Below are positions 50,251 to 62,396 of a stretch of DNA of 64,000 nucleotides, in pieces. The translations under genes and the position numbers were made by a program. This stretch comes from Antedon mediterranea (Eukaryota; Animalia; Echinodermata). The notes beneath the pieces are model-generated. The model saw only the letters and a list, made by a program, of their open reading frames with translations. It had not been told where the DNA came from and did no database searches. The DNA lies in NCBI RefSeq assembly GCF_964355755.1, contig NC_092670.1:6128201-6192200 (forward strand), given 5' to 3'. Every line of letters starts with the position of its first letter. The first letter of the stretch is position 1.

Positions 50251-51561
50251 CTTATGGAGCCCCACTATACACATTTAAGTAAAAGATAAGAACAGAAAAG
50301 TAGTAGTAATCAATACAAATATTTTAAAAATGTACTTTTTTAAAAGAGGTCAAAAGAGTATAATACATGAATAAAATCAAAAGAAAAAAAAGCACGGGCT
50401 GATGGGTAGCTAAATAACAACTCGAATGGTGATAAATATTGATTCAGTTTTACTTTGTTACTATTTCTCATTGTTTTGTAGACATATGGAAATTTTCTGT
50501 ACTATTCTTTCTTTCCGTATTTTCTTGTCTCGCGTTTCTCTAAAGTGTGTAAATCAAACGTTTCATACTCTACACTCAATACAAATAAAAGGAGGTGAGC
50601 CTACTTCACTTAATAATCTAAAACCTGATTCAGATACAGATTAAGAACCAGGATGGTACCATTTATCAGACCCATCACAATCAATAAATTCATCCTTTCC
50701 TATGTGCGCATGTTCTAACGTACGTGCGGTTGACGTTTGTTGTGCGGATAACTAACTTTTCATAATTCAGCTGACGAAATAGTCATAATAATGATAACCA
50801 TAACAATAAACATAGTACTGTGATTTTTACATAATTATTATTACTGTATAAAGACAGTGATTATTTACAATAATAATACACATTTTGGGAACACGCCGAA
50901 AGTAGTTTATATCAGCTGCTTCTTTTACTGATTTTTTTCGAGAGCTTCTCAAACTTCTCTTTTTCAAAAGGCCTTGATTTTGACACCACCGACGTCTTTA
51001 TAGTGATTATTTACAAGTACATCTTATTAAAGATGATAAATAACAAGAACATTATTATAATAATTTAGAAAAGTAATGATGAAGCACAAGTAATACCGAA
51101 TAATAAAATACTAAATCAATATTGTTTCATTTTATTCCATCATTTTATGAATATTTAAGGATTTCGACTTACCGATTTCTTACAAGAATAATGAAAAACG
51201 AAAACAGAATGTTAATTTGTATAGGGCTATATAAATATTTGTTGATGGATTCAAACATGTACTACAAATGGAGAGAAGCATTATATACCAATAGATTTTG
51301 GTCCTCTCTCCTTCATCTTTTTTTGTCGTCAAATGTATTATACCATATGGACAATTGTCTGAAATAAAAGTTGAATTGAATTGGTCTAAGTTACCATGGG
51401 TGCTATAATAAGCAATACAAAATGATAAACAATGTGCAAAGGATGATAATAAATTTTAAAAAAACATTTTGATCGGGTGCACTGATTAGGTTCGATTTTT
51501 TATCGTCATTTATTATTCTAGAAATGTTTTCTTTTATGTTTAACTGGGCGTATAGGTATGG

Positions 51562-52572
51562 TTAGGCTAGAAACAGGGACTCTAATATGTCTGTATTTAT
51601 TTTTGAATCCATCAGTTTCATAAAAACAGTAGCATCTTTAATAAGATTTGCACAAAATTGATTTTCTCTTGGTGTTAAGTATTGACGGATTTGTGGGCTG
51701 CGAAGTAGACCGTCACTATATCCACCAATGCACTTCTCCGTTGTTTCTTTCTTCAACTCTATAAAATGTTCCAGATCGGCCGAAAACGAATCGCCGTATT
51801 CCGATACTTTTCTCCAAAATGTTTGATTAAAATAATTGTATAAAGTGACGTCTGCGCTATTCCAAGCTCGAATCTTTTCTCTTAGTTGTCTACTCATCAT
51901 GGTTCTTTTATTTCTTATCTTCTTTGAAATGTAAAGCATATCTTTGAATTGCCAACATAATAATTTTCTTAATAGTATTAAAGATTCGTCAAAATATTCA
52001 TTCATCAACACCAAGTCGAATTCGAATTCTAGTTGTTTTAATTTATACTGAATAAATGATTTATCTGCATACCTTGATTTTGGCAAAGCAAGTAGCCTGA
52101 ATTGATCGTTCTGGGTTTTCAAGGATTGTTTAAAACCAGGCGTACGCATATATTTATTCGGGACACGCATGAACTCTTCTATTGGATTTTCAAAGTGTTC
52201 AATGTTTAGTTCTTTAGCCATTTCAAAGAAAACAAACGAAGATTCGAATTGTGCTGAAGGCTCTCGAAGTATTGTAATATAAATTGCGTTTCCAAACACA
52301 AAGTTCATCTCTGGCTTATTGTATATTGTGTGACTAGCTAATATTTTTAGATTGCTTTGGCTTTTCATCATGTCTCTGTTGAACGCTATACGATTCGTTG
52401 TTGATTTATACCTTGGCATTTTTAGGTTCCATTTGTAAGCATACCGTGCGAGTATTGAAGAGACCGTTGAACCTCCAGTTTTGTGAGTCTTTAAAAATAC
52501 AATTCTTGTCGCTGGAGAACACTGTTTATTTGTCGTATTTGAAGAAAGTATGGGCCTAGATGGCAATATGGG
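51562..52572 (-). CDS. Galactose-3-O-sulfotransferase (GAL3ST family), catalytic exon
   Basis: 5'-PSB IVFLKTHKTGGSTV, 3'-PB YITILREP, FDLVLMNEYFDESLILLRKLLCW, WNSADVTLYNYFNQTFW; minus-strand acceptor ttttccag|CCC; stop at 51562-51564. Confidence 0.93.
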   Translation of the reverse strand, partial: PILPSRPILSSNTTNKQCSPATRIVFLKTHKTGGSTVSSILARYAYKWNLKMPRYKSTTNRIAFNRDMMKSQSNLKILASHTIYNKPEMNFVFGNAIYITILREPSAQFESSFVFFEMAKELNIEHFENPIEEFMRVPNKYMRTPGFKQSLKTQNDQFRLLALPKSRYADKSFIQYKLKQLEFEFDLVLMNEYFDESLILLRKLLCWQFKDMLYISKKIRNKRTMMSRQLREKIRAWNSADVTLYNYFNQTFWRKVSEYGDSFSADLEHFIELKKETTEKCIGGYSDGLLRSPQIRQYLTPRENQFCANLIKDATVFMKLMDSKINTDILESLFLA

Positions 52573-52651
52573 CTGGAAAATATACGAAAACAGGGTAAAA
52601 TACACAGTTATAAATGATAATTGAATTGAATTGAATCCAATATGTTATATA

Positions 52652-53502
52652 TTTTTAGTTGCGTGGAAGCGACTCTATAGTTCACTATGTCGGTCGGTCG
52701 GTCTGTCTGTCTGTCTGTCTGTCTGTCGGTCTGTCTGTCGGTCTGTCTGTCGGTCTGTCTGTCTGTCTGTCTGTCTGTCGGTCCGGTATCACTATGCGTT
52801 TTATCGCTTTCTGACCTTATCTTGATATCAGTTTAATCTAGCTAGGTCAATTTTTCACAGTATATTCCTTATGGCCAGGAATCAATGTGGTTATGTTTTC
52901 ACGGTGCGCAATAAAAAATTACGCGGTCTACGCACGATTTAACGAAATCACGTTTGTAATCATATCTTCACAATCATGAATCACAATTAAATAAAATTTG
53001 GTACTCATAAATTTCAGGGCATAAATCATCATATGGCAATACAATTACGTGCGTAGCGCATGTAACGCATGCGCAAGCGCGCTTAACATTTTCAAAATTT
53101 ATTTTCGATGAAATAAGAGTACATTTCAGGCAATTTTAAGCGTTTACAAAATTGCCATGAGTGCGCATATTTTTGCGCGCGCACTGCGCGTTAAATGTTA
53201 TTGCGCACTCTTTTTGCCCGATTTCTGTTTTCTTGACTTACTTTTCAACTCGAAATTACGTTATACGAGCACGTCGAAAGTGACAGGCTACGCACGTGTA
53301 AATTTTAAAAAAATAAATGTTTTTAAACATTTCAACATTTTTAAACATGTTCAGTAATTTCGGTCAGTATAGTTCACTATGTCGGTCGGTCGGTCTCTCT
53401 GTCTGTCTGTCTGTCGGTCTGTCTGTCGGTCTGTCGGTCTGTCTGTCGGTCCGGTATCACTATGCATTGTAGCACGCGACTTAATGGCTGTTGGCCTTGT
53501 TT
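52652..53502 (+). mobile_element. Helentron-associated non-autonomous element (HINE/DINE-1-like) in the GAL3ST intron
   Basis: T-rich ends; subterminal inverted repeats agttgcgtg (52657) / cacgcgact (53473); nearby internal IR gcgact; two core blocks with (GTCT/GTCG)n microsatellite (~52677-52797, ~53369-53465); 3' mini-hairpin ggctgttggcc then ttgttt. Confidence 0.8.
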
Positions 53503-53554
53503 ATAGAGAGAGAGGTAGGCCTACAAAGGAGAGGGAAGAGAGAACCTATTATAT

Positions 53555-53751
53555 TGTTGATTCGTCTATTTGTTTTTTAAATATTTTTATATAGTTTATT
53601 TTATATCATTGTTGTTACTTTGGGAGTACGGAACCTGAACTTTTGTTATAGTGATTAGGTTCACTTTTAGGTTCCTGCCTACTCCCTTAGTTTCTGTGTT
53701 TTGTTTGTTTGTAACTGGTTTTTGGCAATAAATAATAATAATAATAATAAT
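53555..53751 (+). mobile_element. Retroposon 3' end with (AAT)n tail, copy 2
   Basis: Same sequence as 30165-30362. Confidence 0.78.
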
Positions 53752-54126
53752 ATTGTATACTGTCGTAAAAGTAATCATTCATTATACCACAAAGTGGTAA
53801 ACCATGCTTAGTAAAGTCCATTGTATTGTATACAAAATTGATAATACAGGCTTGTTTGATAATATAAAGTTTGCTGTACACCATTAATTTTGATCCAAAT
53901 TTATTTAAACCAGATTTAATTTTTCTTAATTCGATTCAATTAAGAACAATATGACAATATAAACAATAATAACCGTTTGTAAATGTTGAAGCATGATTAT
54001 ATTTTTATCATTGCGCTTATATTATGATAGCGTACCGTATTCTTTTTTCTAAAATACTATAGCCCTTAACAGTACACAAATAACCTAACTTACAACCATA
54101 CAACCATAATGTAATGTACAACGTAC

Positions 54127-54225
54127 CTTTTTGCTGTCATTTATAACGCTGTAACTGTACATAAATGAAGCTATTATTAAAAAAACGATGATTAGACTCC
54201 CTCCTGTCATAAATACCCGTGTCAT
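54127..54225 (-). CDS. GAL3ST-family first coding exon (type II Golgi signal anchor)
   Basis: Minus strand ATG...MTRVFMTGGSLIIVFLIIASFMYSYSVINDSKK|gtacgt; phase 0 joins the catalytic exon to give ~369 aa. Confidence 0.82.
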
Positions 54226-55271
54226 CTTTAACAGACTTCTTTCAGCCACAGAGCACATAATACACCGTGATTATGACGGATTGACGGATTGTAGGCCTAT
54301 CATTATACGCTTTGCTAGGGTTACTACTACTAGTCAATAGAGGACGCACTACATTCAGTTTTGTTGAAGACACTTCTACGACATTTATTCCGATTAGGAC
54401 TACTGTATCTTTTTTATTGAGGAGATAAGATGTCGTGGGTCCAACTCTGTATTTAAAGTGCAGAGAAAGTACTCAATATATTAATCCTGGTCAGAATAAA
54501 GGCAAAGTTACCGTATCGTGAATTGTTATTGAATAATAAATCGAATGGAATGGCTCATTCCACATACAAAGTTCATTAATTCAAGAAAGCTACCCATGAT
54601 CTTCAATGAACAAGTATTCCATGGAGTAGGAGTTTCACCACAGTTAAAAGAAGAATTAGAATATCTCTTCGTTCGGTAATTGGTTGATTAACAGGAAAGC
54701 AACTGAATGAACTCTCTCACTCTCGCAACATGTATCTAACTCACCTAACGTGATGCTTACTTTAAGTGAAATAACGAGTATTACTCGTTTAAGCTGCCTC
54801 CTCTAATAGTAATAGATTTTGCGTTTTGGATGTAAAGAATTCCCGGTGTGTTTATGATACGTGTATCAAAGAAAAGAGCTCTCACTAAAGGTAACCCAAG
54901 ATTTACACAACTTAAGGACGACCTCGTGTAAAATTTGGCAAGAAGAATTTTTAAAGTTTTAAAAAAATGGAGTTACGAACATTTTCAAAACCATGTCACC
55001 TCTTCTGCTTATATCTTAGAGAAGATAGACCCAATATAGAAAGCATTTCCTTTGCAAAAAAGGTTTAGTATCTGGCTCTAAATAACCTTCGTTCGCCATG
55101 CGTTAATCATGATTGAACAGAAAACTTCATAGGATGAACTAAAGTCTTGTATAAGGCAAGACAACTTTCAAAATCCACACAAGTAAAGGCTGCCTACCTT
55201 ATAATTTCATTTTGCAACAATCTTACTAACATGCACCGAAAACTTATCCCAAGAAAGCTATGTTACTGCTT

Positions 55272-55322
55272 TGACGTCACAGGGCTTGGACGCGCTTCGC
55301 TGAACATCGCCGGGGGCGGGGC
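55272..55322. promoter_or_regulatory. CRE palindrome plus GC box between the divergent GAL3ST and SENP genes
   Basis: TGACGTCA at 55272-55279 and GGGGGCGGGGC at 55312-55322 in a CpG-rich patch. Confidence 0.4.
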
Positions 55323-55957
55323 TTAGAAAAATATTAAAATTATGTATTTTCGGCAATTTCCGATTGTTAATAACAAAAAATTATATCAAATATGTGTTCA
55401 GCACAAAAAGTACTTCAAAAATCAACAACTCATATAGGTGTATCTGTGATATTCTTTAAGGCAGGTGTTTTATGTATTTGTTTTGGATTGATAATCGGTA
55501 ACTAATAACTAATTTGATTAATTACAGTTTTCAGGTAAATCAATTTTTCTGTTTATAAAGAAGTAAATAATCATGTGATGTTTGAATGACATATTCAACA
55601 AACTGTTTTGGTTTTTTTCATTATCTTTAATACAAGCCAAGCGGTGGCAGTAGACATAATAAAAATGAAAGCCAACCTGTGGGTGTTTTTGTCAGCATTT
55701 GCCCGCCATATCCACAAGAAGAACAGAGTACAGCCTCAGTCATACGTATATTTTAACCGAAATTATAATCATTGAGAAATAAAAATTTGATACAATTTAT
55801 CTATAAATAAATATACTTTTCTCTTATATTTGTTATTCTAATCATTATTTATCTTTCAAATATGTAATAATTATTAATTAGAATATTGTTAATATTATGT
55901 TTATTGTGTCATTTTCATTTCTGCCATCGTCCATGTTGAATTTCGCGCTTGTTTCCA

Positions 55958-56049
55958 ATGGTGTCGAAATTAAAGAGCGTTTTTAATACATTTCTGGGTC
56001 CTGAAAGACCCAACGTTTCAACCACAACACGAAAACGGAGTTTAGATGA
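55958..56049 (+). CDS. SENP1/2-like exon 1
   Basis: ATG...MVSKLKSVFNTFLGPERPNVSTTTRKRSLD GA|gtatgt (phase 2). Confidence 0.75.
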
Positions 56050-56544
56050 GTATGTTTATGGTTTGATTATATATTTCTATGTAAAAAAATTGATTTTTAG
56101 ACATTAAATCTATAGAAGTCTAGGCCTTACACGGACGTTTGTATTGTTGTTTGATGTTTGTTCCGAGCGGGACACTCACTGCTGATAACGATGTGTATGC
56201 ACATGTCATGTTGTACGCTAGGTGGGCCTACGTAAATCGAAGGCCTGTTTAGCCTTCCTTCTAGGCTATTTTATTCGGTTATGTTAACATTACCTCCTAG
56301 TCGTATGATGAAAAACGTTGGAAATAAAAATTTTAAAAAGTAAGCACAGCATTTTTTATTCGCGTTTTTTATTTTCACGCAGATTTTAATATTATTTTTA
56401 AAAACTAGACATTCTGTACCTGGCCTGGTTCGGTAGGCATAGCCTACTGTAAGCCTAGGCCTACCATGTTTTACTAATAATTATTAAATTCATCAAATTG
56501 CTCTTACTTTAAATTTATTTTTGAATAATTTATCTTATTCTTAG

Positions 56545-56642
56545 AGAGGTCAGTGAAGATGAAGAAGATGACTATGTGACCCCTAATCTGAAGCGTCCTA
56601 AACTTCACATGTCCCCTAAAGATGCCCCTCCGATAATTAACG
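56545..56642 (+). CDS. SENP1/2-like exon 2
   Basis: tag|A...G|gtaag; EVSEDEEDDYVTPNLKRPKLHMSPKDAPPIIN. Confidence 0.82.
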
Positions 56643-56736
56643 GTAAGTTATCCATGTCAATAAGTGACTCCTGCTCTATAATATTGGGTTTGTAGGTACT
56701 GTATAGTATAGCTGAATATATCATTTATCAATGTTA

Positions 56737-57074
56737 TGCACTTGTCAATTGTATGACCCACTATACGACCCCCGGGAGAGGTGCGTCATTTTTCCGATGT
56801 GCGTCATACTTTTGAATACCATGACGCACCCGTGCATCAAAAAGGTGACTTACCTTTAGGTGACCATGACGCACCCATTTTGACGCACTGTGACCATGTT
56901 GTTTATGATATGGTGGGTGGTAAAGTGACGGACATTGACACACCTTGTTCATTGATGCGACGTACCATCTAGGTTTTTTGACGCACACCTGCGTCAGTAA
57001 TTATTTGTAAATGACGCACCCATGACGCACCTCTCCCGGGGGTCATATAGTGGGTCATACAATTGACAAGTGCA
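56737..57074. mobile_element. MITE with ~53-bp TIRs and reiterated TGACGCAC motif
   Basis: tgcacttgtcaattgtatgacccactatacgacccccgggagaggtgcgtcat is mirrored at the right end; flanks tcaatgtta / ttaatgtta. Confidence 0.88.
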
Positions 57075-57422
57075 TTAATGTTATTGAAACACAAAAAGTA
57101 CCTTACTGTAGATGCAATAAAGTAGGCAGTGGCCAAATTTCGAATTACATTTACAATTCAATTTATTGAGAAATGCATGTACACAGGACATTTTAAAACA
57201 CAGTTATTTATTTATTGTGTTCTTTCTTGGCTAAATACTGTACTGTTTGATAATGGAATGCGTAGCATTTGTCTATTTTACACTTTTATGAAAGATAGTT
57301 GTAGTAAATGCATTTAAATTATATTACTGTACTGTATTACAAATTAAAAAAGAAAATTGAATACAGGTAATATTTGTATATTTTGTTAATTTTTAATAAA
57401 TGTTTTATAATTAATTAATTAG

Positions 57423-57746
57423 GTATAGAAAACGGTACAGAACAAAGTCCACTTGTACGAGTTGCGGAGTGGGTGAAGCAAAAAGCACTGTCATTTAGCG
57501 AGAGTTACTTCTACAGTAAACGTGGTGAAAAACGTATTACAAATACTGTCCCTCGCAATCGGAAGCGTAATTTTGAAGAAATGTATATCTGCAAGCCCAA
57601 ACATAACGGTAGCAGGAGACATCAAACTCCCACAAAATTGTTTGTCGGAGCAAATCGTAAGATCCGGATGTCTGAAGTCATTGTAGAAGATGAACAATCT
57701 GATTCAGAGCAATCATTGTCTGATGAAAATCCTAATCAAAAAGAAG
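57423..57746 (+). CDS. SENP1/2-like exon 3
   Basis: tag|GT...G|gttag; IENGTEQSPLVRVAEWVKQKALSFSESYF...DENPNQKE. Confidence 0.82.
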
Positions 57747-57910
57747 GTTAGATCTCTTTATTTAAAGAATTATTGGATGCATGTTTGATAAATGGTAACA
57801 ATATTAATACTAACTTTGATATTTCTTAAGTGGGAATTGAACCCAAACCTTCAAATTACTGGTGTTCATGCCTCTAGAGCACCGAACTTGTGCTGATGAC
57901 TAGGGGTTAA

Positions 57911-59304
57911 AGTGGAGCTCCACCCAGAAAATTACTATTTTTCATACATTTCAACTATTATTTTAAAATATCATCCCCCATACTTCATATTTTTTTTAAA
58001 TTGTTTTCAATGAGTACGAGTTTCTTGAAAATCACACCTTTTTGCGTTTTGGGGGGATACCTTCTAATTTCCTATTCTTTTACATGCAAAAGGGGGGTAT
58101 ATTTGAATAATCCTACAAAATTAATTTCTTCAAAAAAAAAAAATTTTTTAATGTAGTTTTATGTAATTTTTCCAGATCTTTCTATTTCTGGTATTGTTAT
58201 CGTGTATACATTGCGCCATTTTGCGTAAATAGACACTTTCCCCCGTTCGGGTCCAATTGGGTTTTTTATTTTGCTAGGGAGTATGATCACGTGACATTTT
58301 TCACAATCACACTACTGCAGCTGGCGATCTGTTATTTTGTCGCGATGTTATTTTTGACGGGCAAAAAGTATATTAAAACATTCTGAATGTGACCCTATCA
58401 TGTTTCACAGTGTAATAATGTGATTATGAGACTATTACTAAAATTTCAAATTTAACGAGATTTAAGAAAGATCTGGTTATATATTCAATAAAGCTAGGCC
58501 TAGGCCTACTAGAGTGTAGGTGTGTACCGATGCTGCTTGGCCTCTAGCTAGGCTTACACTCAGCAGTGAAGTTTGTTCTGCTGGCACCCAACCTCGGCCT
58601 ACCCATATGGGCCATGATAGGGTGCCTGAATAGTTGCTTTTCAGTCAGGCCTAAGCTTCCACATCGCTTTACTACACTTTACTACTCTTGTTCTGTATAG
58701 GATTTTGTGTTTAACAATTCTTAATGTGCGAGAAAACCCAGGAATGATAAATGGGGCGAAACGACCATGAATTTTCAAACCCATAAATGCATATAGGCCT
58801 AGACAAAAATTCAAGGCTAGCTAGGCTGAGTGCCCTGAGCAGATGGCTTAGCTAGGCCTAGGTTAAAGTTAATAAGCAATCTGATAAGATTATTATGCTG
58901 TTGTTGTTGCAAATCATGAGGTTACAATACATGTAATTATATTGACATTTTTATCGGAAATATTACTAAGGCCTAAACAAATCGTATTAATTGTGTGTAT
59001 AAAATTGATTCCCCATTTTTCGACACATAATTTACCAAAGGGGACCCATTTCACCCATGCGCCGTTCACCGGCGACTAAAACCCGTCAGTTGCTAAGTGT
59101 AACGCGTTTCGCGACGTATTGTAAACTAATAACCCCTAAGTTACTGAAAAAGTGTAATGTATTAAAAAACATTTTCTGACCGATTTTTTAGAAAAGAGTT
59201 TTTGGAAAATATTCCGTATTTTCCTTGTTTTTTTTATGTAATCACTTTCAATTAAACATACTTAAACGTAATATAAGCTGAGAAAGTCTGAGTGTAGCTC
59301 CACT
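57911..59304. mobile_element. Non-autonomous DNA transposon, Kolobok-like (TTAA target)
   Basis: TTAA on both sides (57907-57910, 59305-59308); ~18-bp TIR agtggagctccacccaga / tctgagtgtagctccact with 2 mismatches; AG...CT termini; no ORF. Confidence 0.78.
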
Positions 59305-59308
59305 TTAA

Positions 59309-59546
59309 GCTCTGTCTACACTATCAAAGTAGTAATACAACAAAAGTGTGATGTGCCCAAATATGGTAGTGATATGCTTAAATATGGTAGTGATACTGTA
59401 TGCTTAAATATTGTAGTGATACTGTATGCTTAAATATTGTAGTGATATGCTTAAATATGGTAGTGATATGACATAATCGTGGCTATATATGGCTATTTTT
59501 TGTCATATAAAGTTATAATATAATGTAATGTACAGAAGACAGAGCT
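59309..59546. mobile_element. MITE family A copy with expanded internal repeats
   Basis: gctctgtctacactatcaaa...agacagagc; tandem atgcttaaatatggtagtgat units; abuts the Kolobok-like element's TTAA. Confidence 0.8.
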
Positions 59547-59823
59547 TTAGATTTAAGCCTGCTGCAGCAGCAGGATGATAATTGTACTGGGAAGTAGCTT
59601 GGTGTTCATGGAGCTAAGTAATTGGTCAGATGTTTGCTGAAGTAGATGCATACTTAAAGCAGTTGCAAAAAAGGAAGCTGTGACTACTTCAGCAACATTA
59701 ACTACTGTACAAGTACTCTCAACAATATATGTACTTGACATAAAATGCAAATATTTTTTGTTACTGTAGATCTTCAAAAAGAAACAAACAATTTAAGATT
59801 TAAACTTTGTTGTTAATTTTTAG

Positions 59824-59913
59824 TTCTGTCTAGGGTAAGTGGTGGAGGTGGCGATGCTGATAGTCGTTCATGCCAAACATACAATGCAGTCCAACCACAA
59901 TCAGACTTAGCAG
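59824..59913 (+). CDS. SENP1/2-like exon 4
   Basis: tttttag|TT...G|gtaag; LSRVSGGGGDADSRSCQTYNAVQPQSDLA; phase 1-1. Confidence 0.72.
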
Positions 59914-60282
59914 GTAAGAATAAACAAAGACATTTAGCAAATGAGAACTTTGTTTAATTAAATGTACTACTACTGATAGTATCAGTTAAAATTGTGCTTA
60001 AATATTGGTAATATAATACAAATAATATTTGAGTGCAATGTTACAAATAATTTAATGAGGTTGAAAGAGAACATTTCATCTTTCTTCAATTATTTGTTTC
60101 ATTGCATGAATACAGTATCAAACATTTATTATTTGTTTATAACATAACTTTATCATGTGACCCTCAATCCAATAAACTGACAAGAAGCTACCAATGTTTG
60201 TTATAAAGCCCACCAATAAATGCATGAAATATAAAAAATCCCCAATTACACATGTCTTTAAATGTATGTGTTTTTTTTTTAG

Positions 60283-60397
60283 ATTTACCAACTGCGTCTG
60301 ACTTACCTCATCACCAAATTGATGCTACTGATTCTAAATATACTTTTCAAAAACCAATCCATGTTCCGTCGCATTTAGCAAATTCTTCAAAACAAAT
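60283..60397 (+). CDS. SENP1/2-like exon 5
   Basis: poly-T ag|AT...AT|gtaag; LPTASDLPHHQIDATDSKYTFQKPIHVPSHLANSSKQ. Confidence 0.78.
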
Positions 60398-61141
60398 GTA
60401 AGCATTTAACTGCAGTGAGACAAAACATTTCATTTAACTGCTAATTGTATTATTCTATAATAGAAGTAGAGCAGATTTAATATTATTTTGTAAGTGTTAA
60501 TTCATGTCTACCACTGTATCAATTGTAATGCAGCCTGTTATTTGAGGAACTTCTTAAGGGTTTATAGATGTGGTAAGCTAGTCCTTAGGTCCGAGATAGA
60601 TCACAGATTGGATCACTATCTTAAAAAGCAAACCTCTGGTAATAATATTTTTATGAAATTTGGACTTCTGTGTGAGATCCGGGAACAGAAAATTTAAAAA
60701 AGCCCTTAAAACATATATTTCCTAAGAAGTAACTCTTTTTTCTTTTGGAAAAGCACTATATATTTTCAAAATCGTTTGCACTGAACAGTATTATATTTGG
60801 TAATCAGGTGTAAACCATTGACTAGCGAAAGCTATTTGTTTATACCGTTTTGCCTTTGGTGAATAAAGAATTATGAAATATAAATAAAACAATAATAATT
60901 TATTAAATATTTAAGATGTACCTTACTGTAAAAAATGTGGTTGAAGTGAACAAGCAAAATTCAATCGTTGGTATCCAAGGCCGCTCCAGAATCAATAAAA
61001 ATAAAATTGGGTCAGATTCAGCGTGTTTACACTTCCAAACCAGTGTTCTATTTATTTCTCAAGCTATTTGTCTTGTTTTTCCATACCAACTCATTTGGTG
61101 GTACCTTGTTCACGATTTATATTGTGTGTTATTTCTTTCAG

Positions 61142-61283
61142 AAAAACACAAATTTCATCCAGGCAGTCTAATTTTGAACCAACAGCTGTCCGTTTAACGA
61201 CGTCGTACTCTAACATATTTCCCAAGTCTTCTCAATTTCGCAATCGTCTTCAAAATCACAAAGTGTCGTACACAGTCAAGGAG
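61142..61283 (+). CDS. SENP1/2-like exon 6
   Basis: cag|A...GAG|gtatgg; KTQISSRQSNFEPTAVRL...HKVSYTVKE. Confidence 0.8.
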
Positions 61284-61693
61284 GTATGGACTGGTTATTT
61301 TAACCATATTAAAAAAAGTGATGTTTTTTAATCTTCTCAATACTGTACAGGGAACTCGTAACCATAATTTCTTTCATTTGTATAAGGAAAGAAAGGATAA
61401 ATACCCTTTACACATTAGCTTAAATATTTGGAGCAACTTCTTACCAGGTTTGGATAGTGTGATTGCAATTTGGTGAAAATCTTTAAAAATGTACATATCG
61501 GAAGAAAAAGACACCAAAAAAAAGTAATTGTGTGAAAATGGAAATTTAGGATTTACAGGGTTTAGGGTTTTGCTTCCGGAAATGTTTCTGTTTAAATGAA
61601 TTTAATTATTATTATATATTATTAACTGTTCATTATTATAATGTTTGTTTCGTGCCATTATTGGATAACATAGAAAGATGTGTTCAATTTCAG

Positions 61694-61848
61694 AGTATAC
61701 GATTACAACACAGAGATGAATATCAACAGCTTTTACAACAGTTTACCACGGCTGATGTTAACTTCTTCAGACCAGCCTCACCACCTGTGGAAGTTAATCA
61801 AACACAAGAAGAGACAATACACAATGATGATAAAGAAGTACCAAGAGT
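61694..61848 (+). CDS. SENP1/2-like exon 7
   Basis: cag|AGT...GT|gtaag; SIRLQHRDEYQQLLQQFTTADVNFFRPASPP. Confidence 0.83.
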
Positions 61849-62396
61849 GTAAGTTTATAGCATTTTGATATATTTATTTAAAAAAATATTTCATACAGAA
61901 AGTTTGACTTGCCAATTACAGAATGGATAAAGTCTAATTTGAGGTTTTAGGCATTAGAAAAGTTGCGAGTTACAACCCTGGCATTAGATCTGGATTGGAC
62001 CCTAGACCTTGAGATTGGAAGGCAAACATATTTATGTTAAATATGTTAATATTAAAGTAATAAAATTACTATGGAGTAAAATGACCTGGGTATTAAACAA
62101 TTATAAGGTATATAATGAGAGCATTTGAAAAGAAACACATTAAAATCTAACAGAAAGTATGCAGAGGTGTAAATAGAGGGAACCATTTAGGAATAGGTGA
62201 GGAAAACCAAACCAGTATATTTGCAGGAACTCCCAAAGATTTCTGAAGACCTTAAAAAATAATCTTTAGATTGGGTGATTTTGAAGGTGGGTATACCCAC
62301 CTAATTCCACCCAGCACGGTTACATCCATGAATAGGATTTTGTACTTTGATATTATGAAGATTTTAAAATGTTTACATGTTTTTCATATTTTATAG

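Noticed and set aside
52573-52605. GTG start of the 347-aa sulfotransferase ORF
   Set aside because: This is the polypyrimidine tract and acceptor of the intron; the real N-terminal signal anchor is at 54225-54127
52631-53594. ORFs 52631-52825, 53157-53357 and 53379-53594
   Set aside because: Translations of the (GTCT/GTCG)n microsatellite and HINE body, not genes
55630-55745. Extra upstream coding exon for the SENP-like gene
   Set aside because: Short open frames exist but splice sites are weak and no phase-consistent join to the 55958 exon was found
56761-56988. Overlapping ORFs on both strands
   Set aside because: Fall within the palindromic MITE; open by chance
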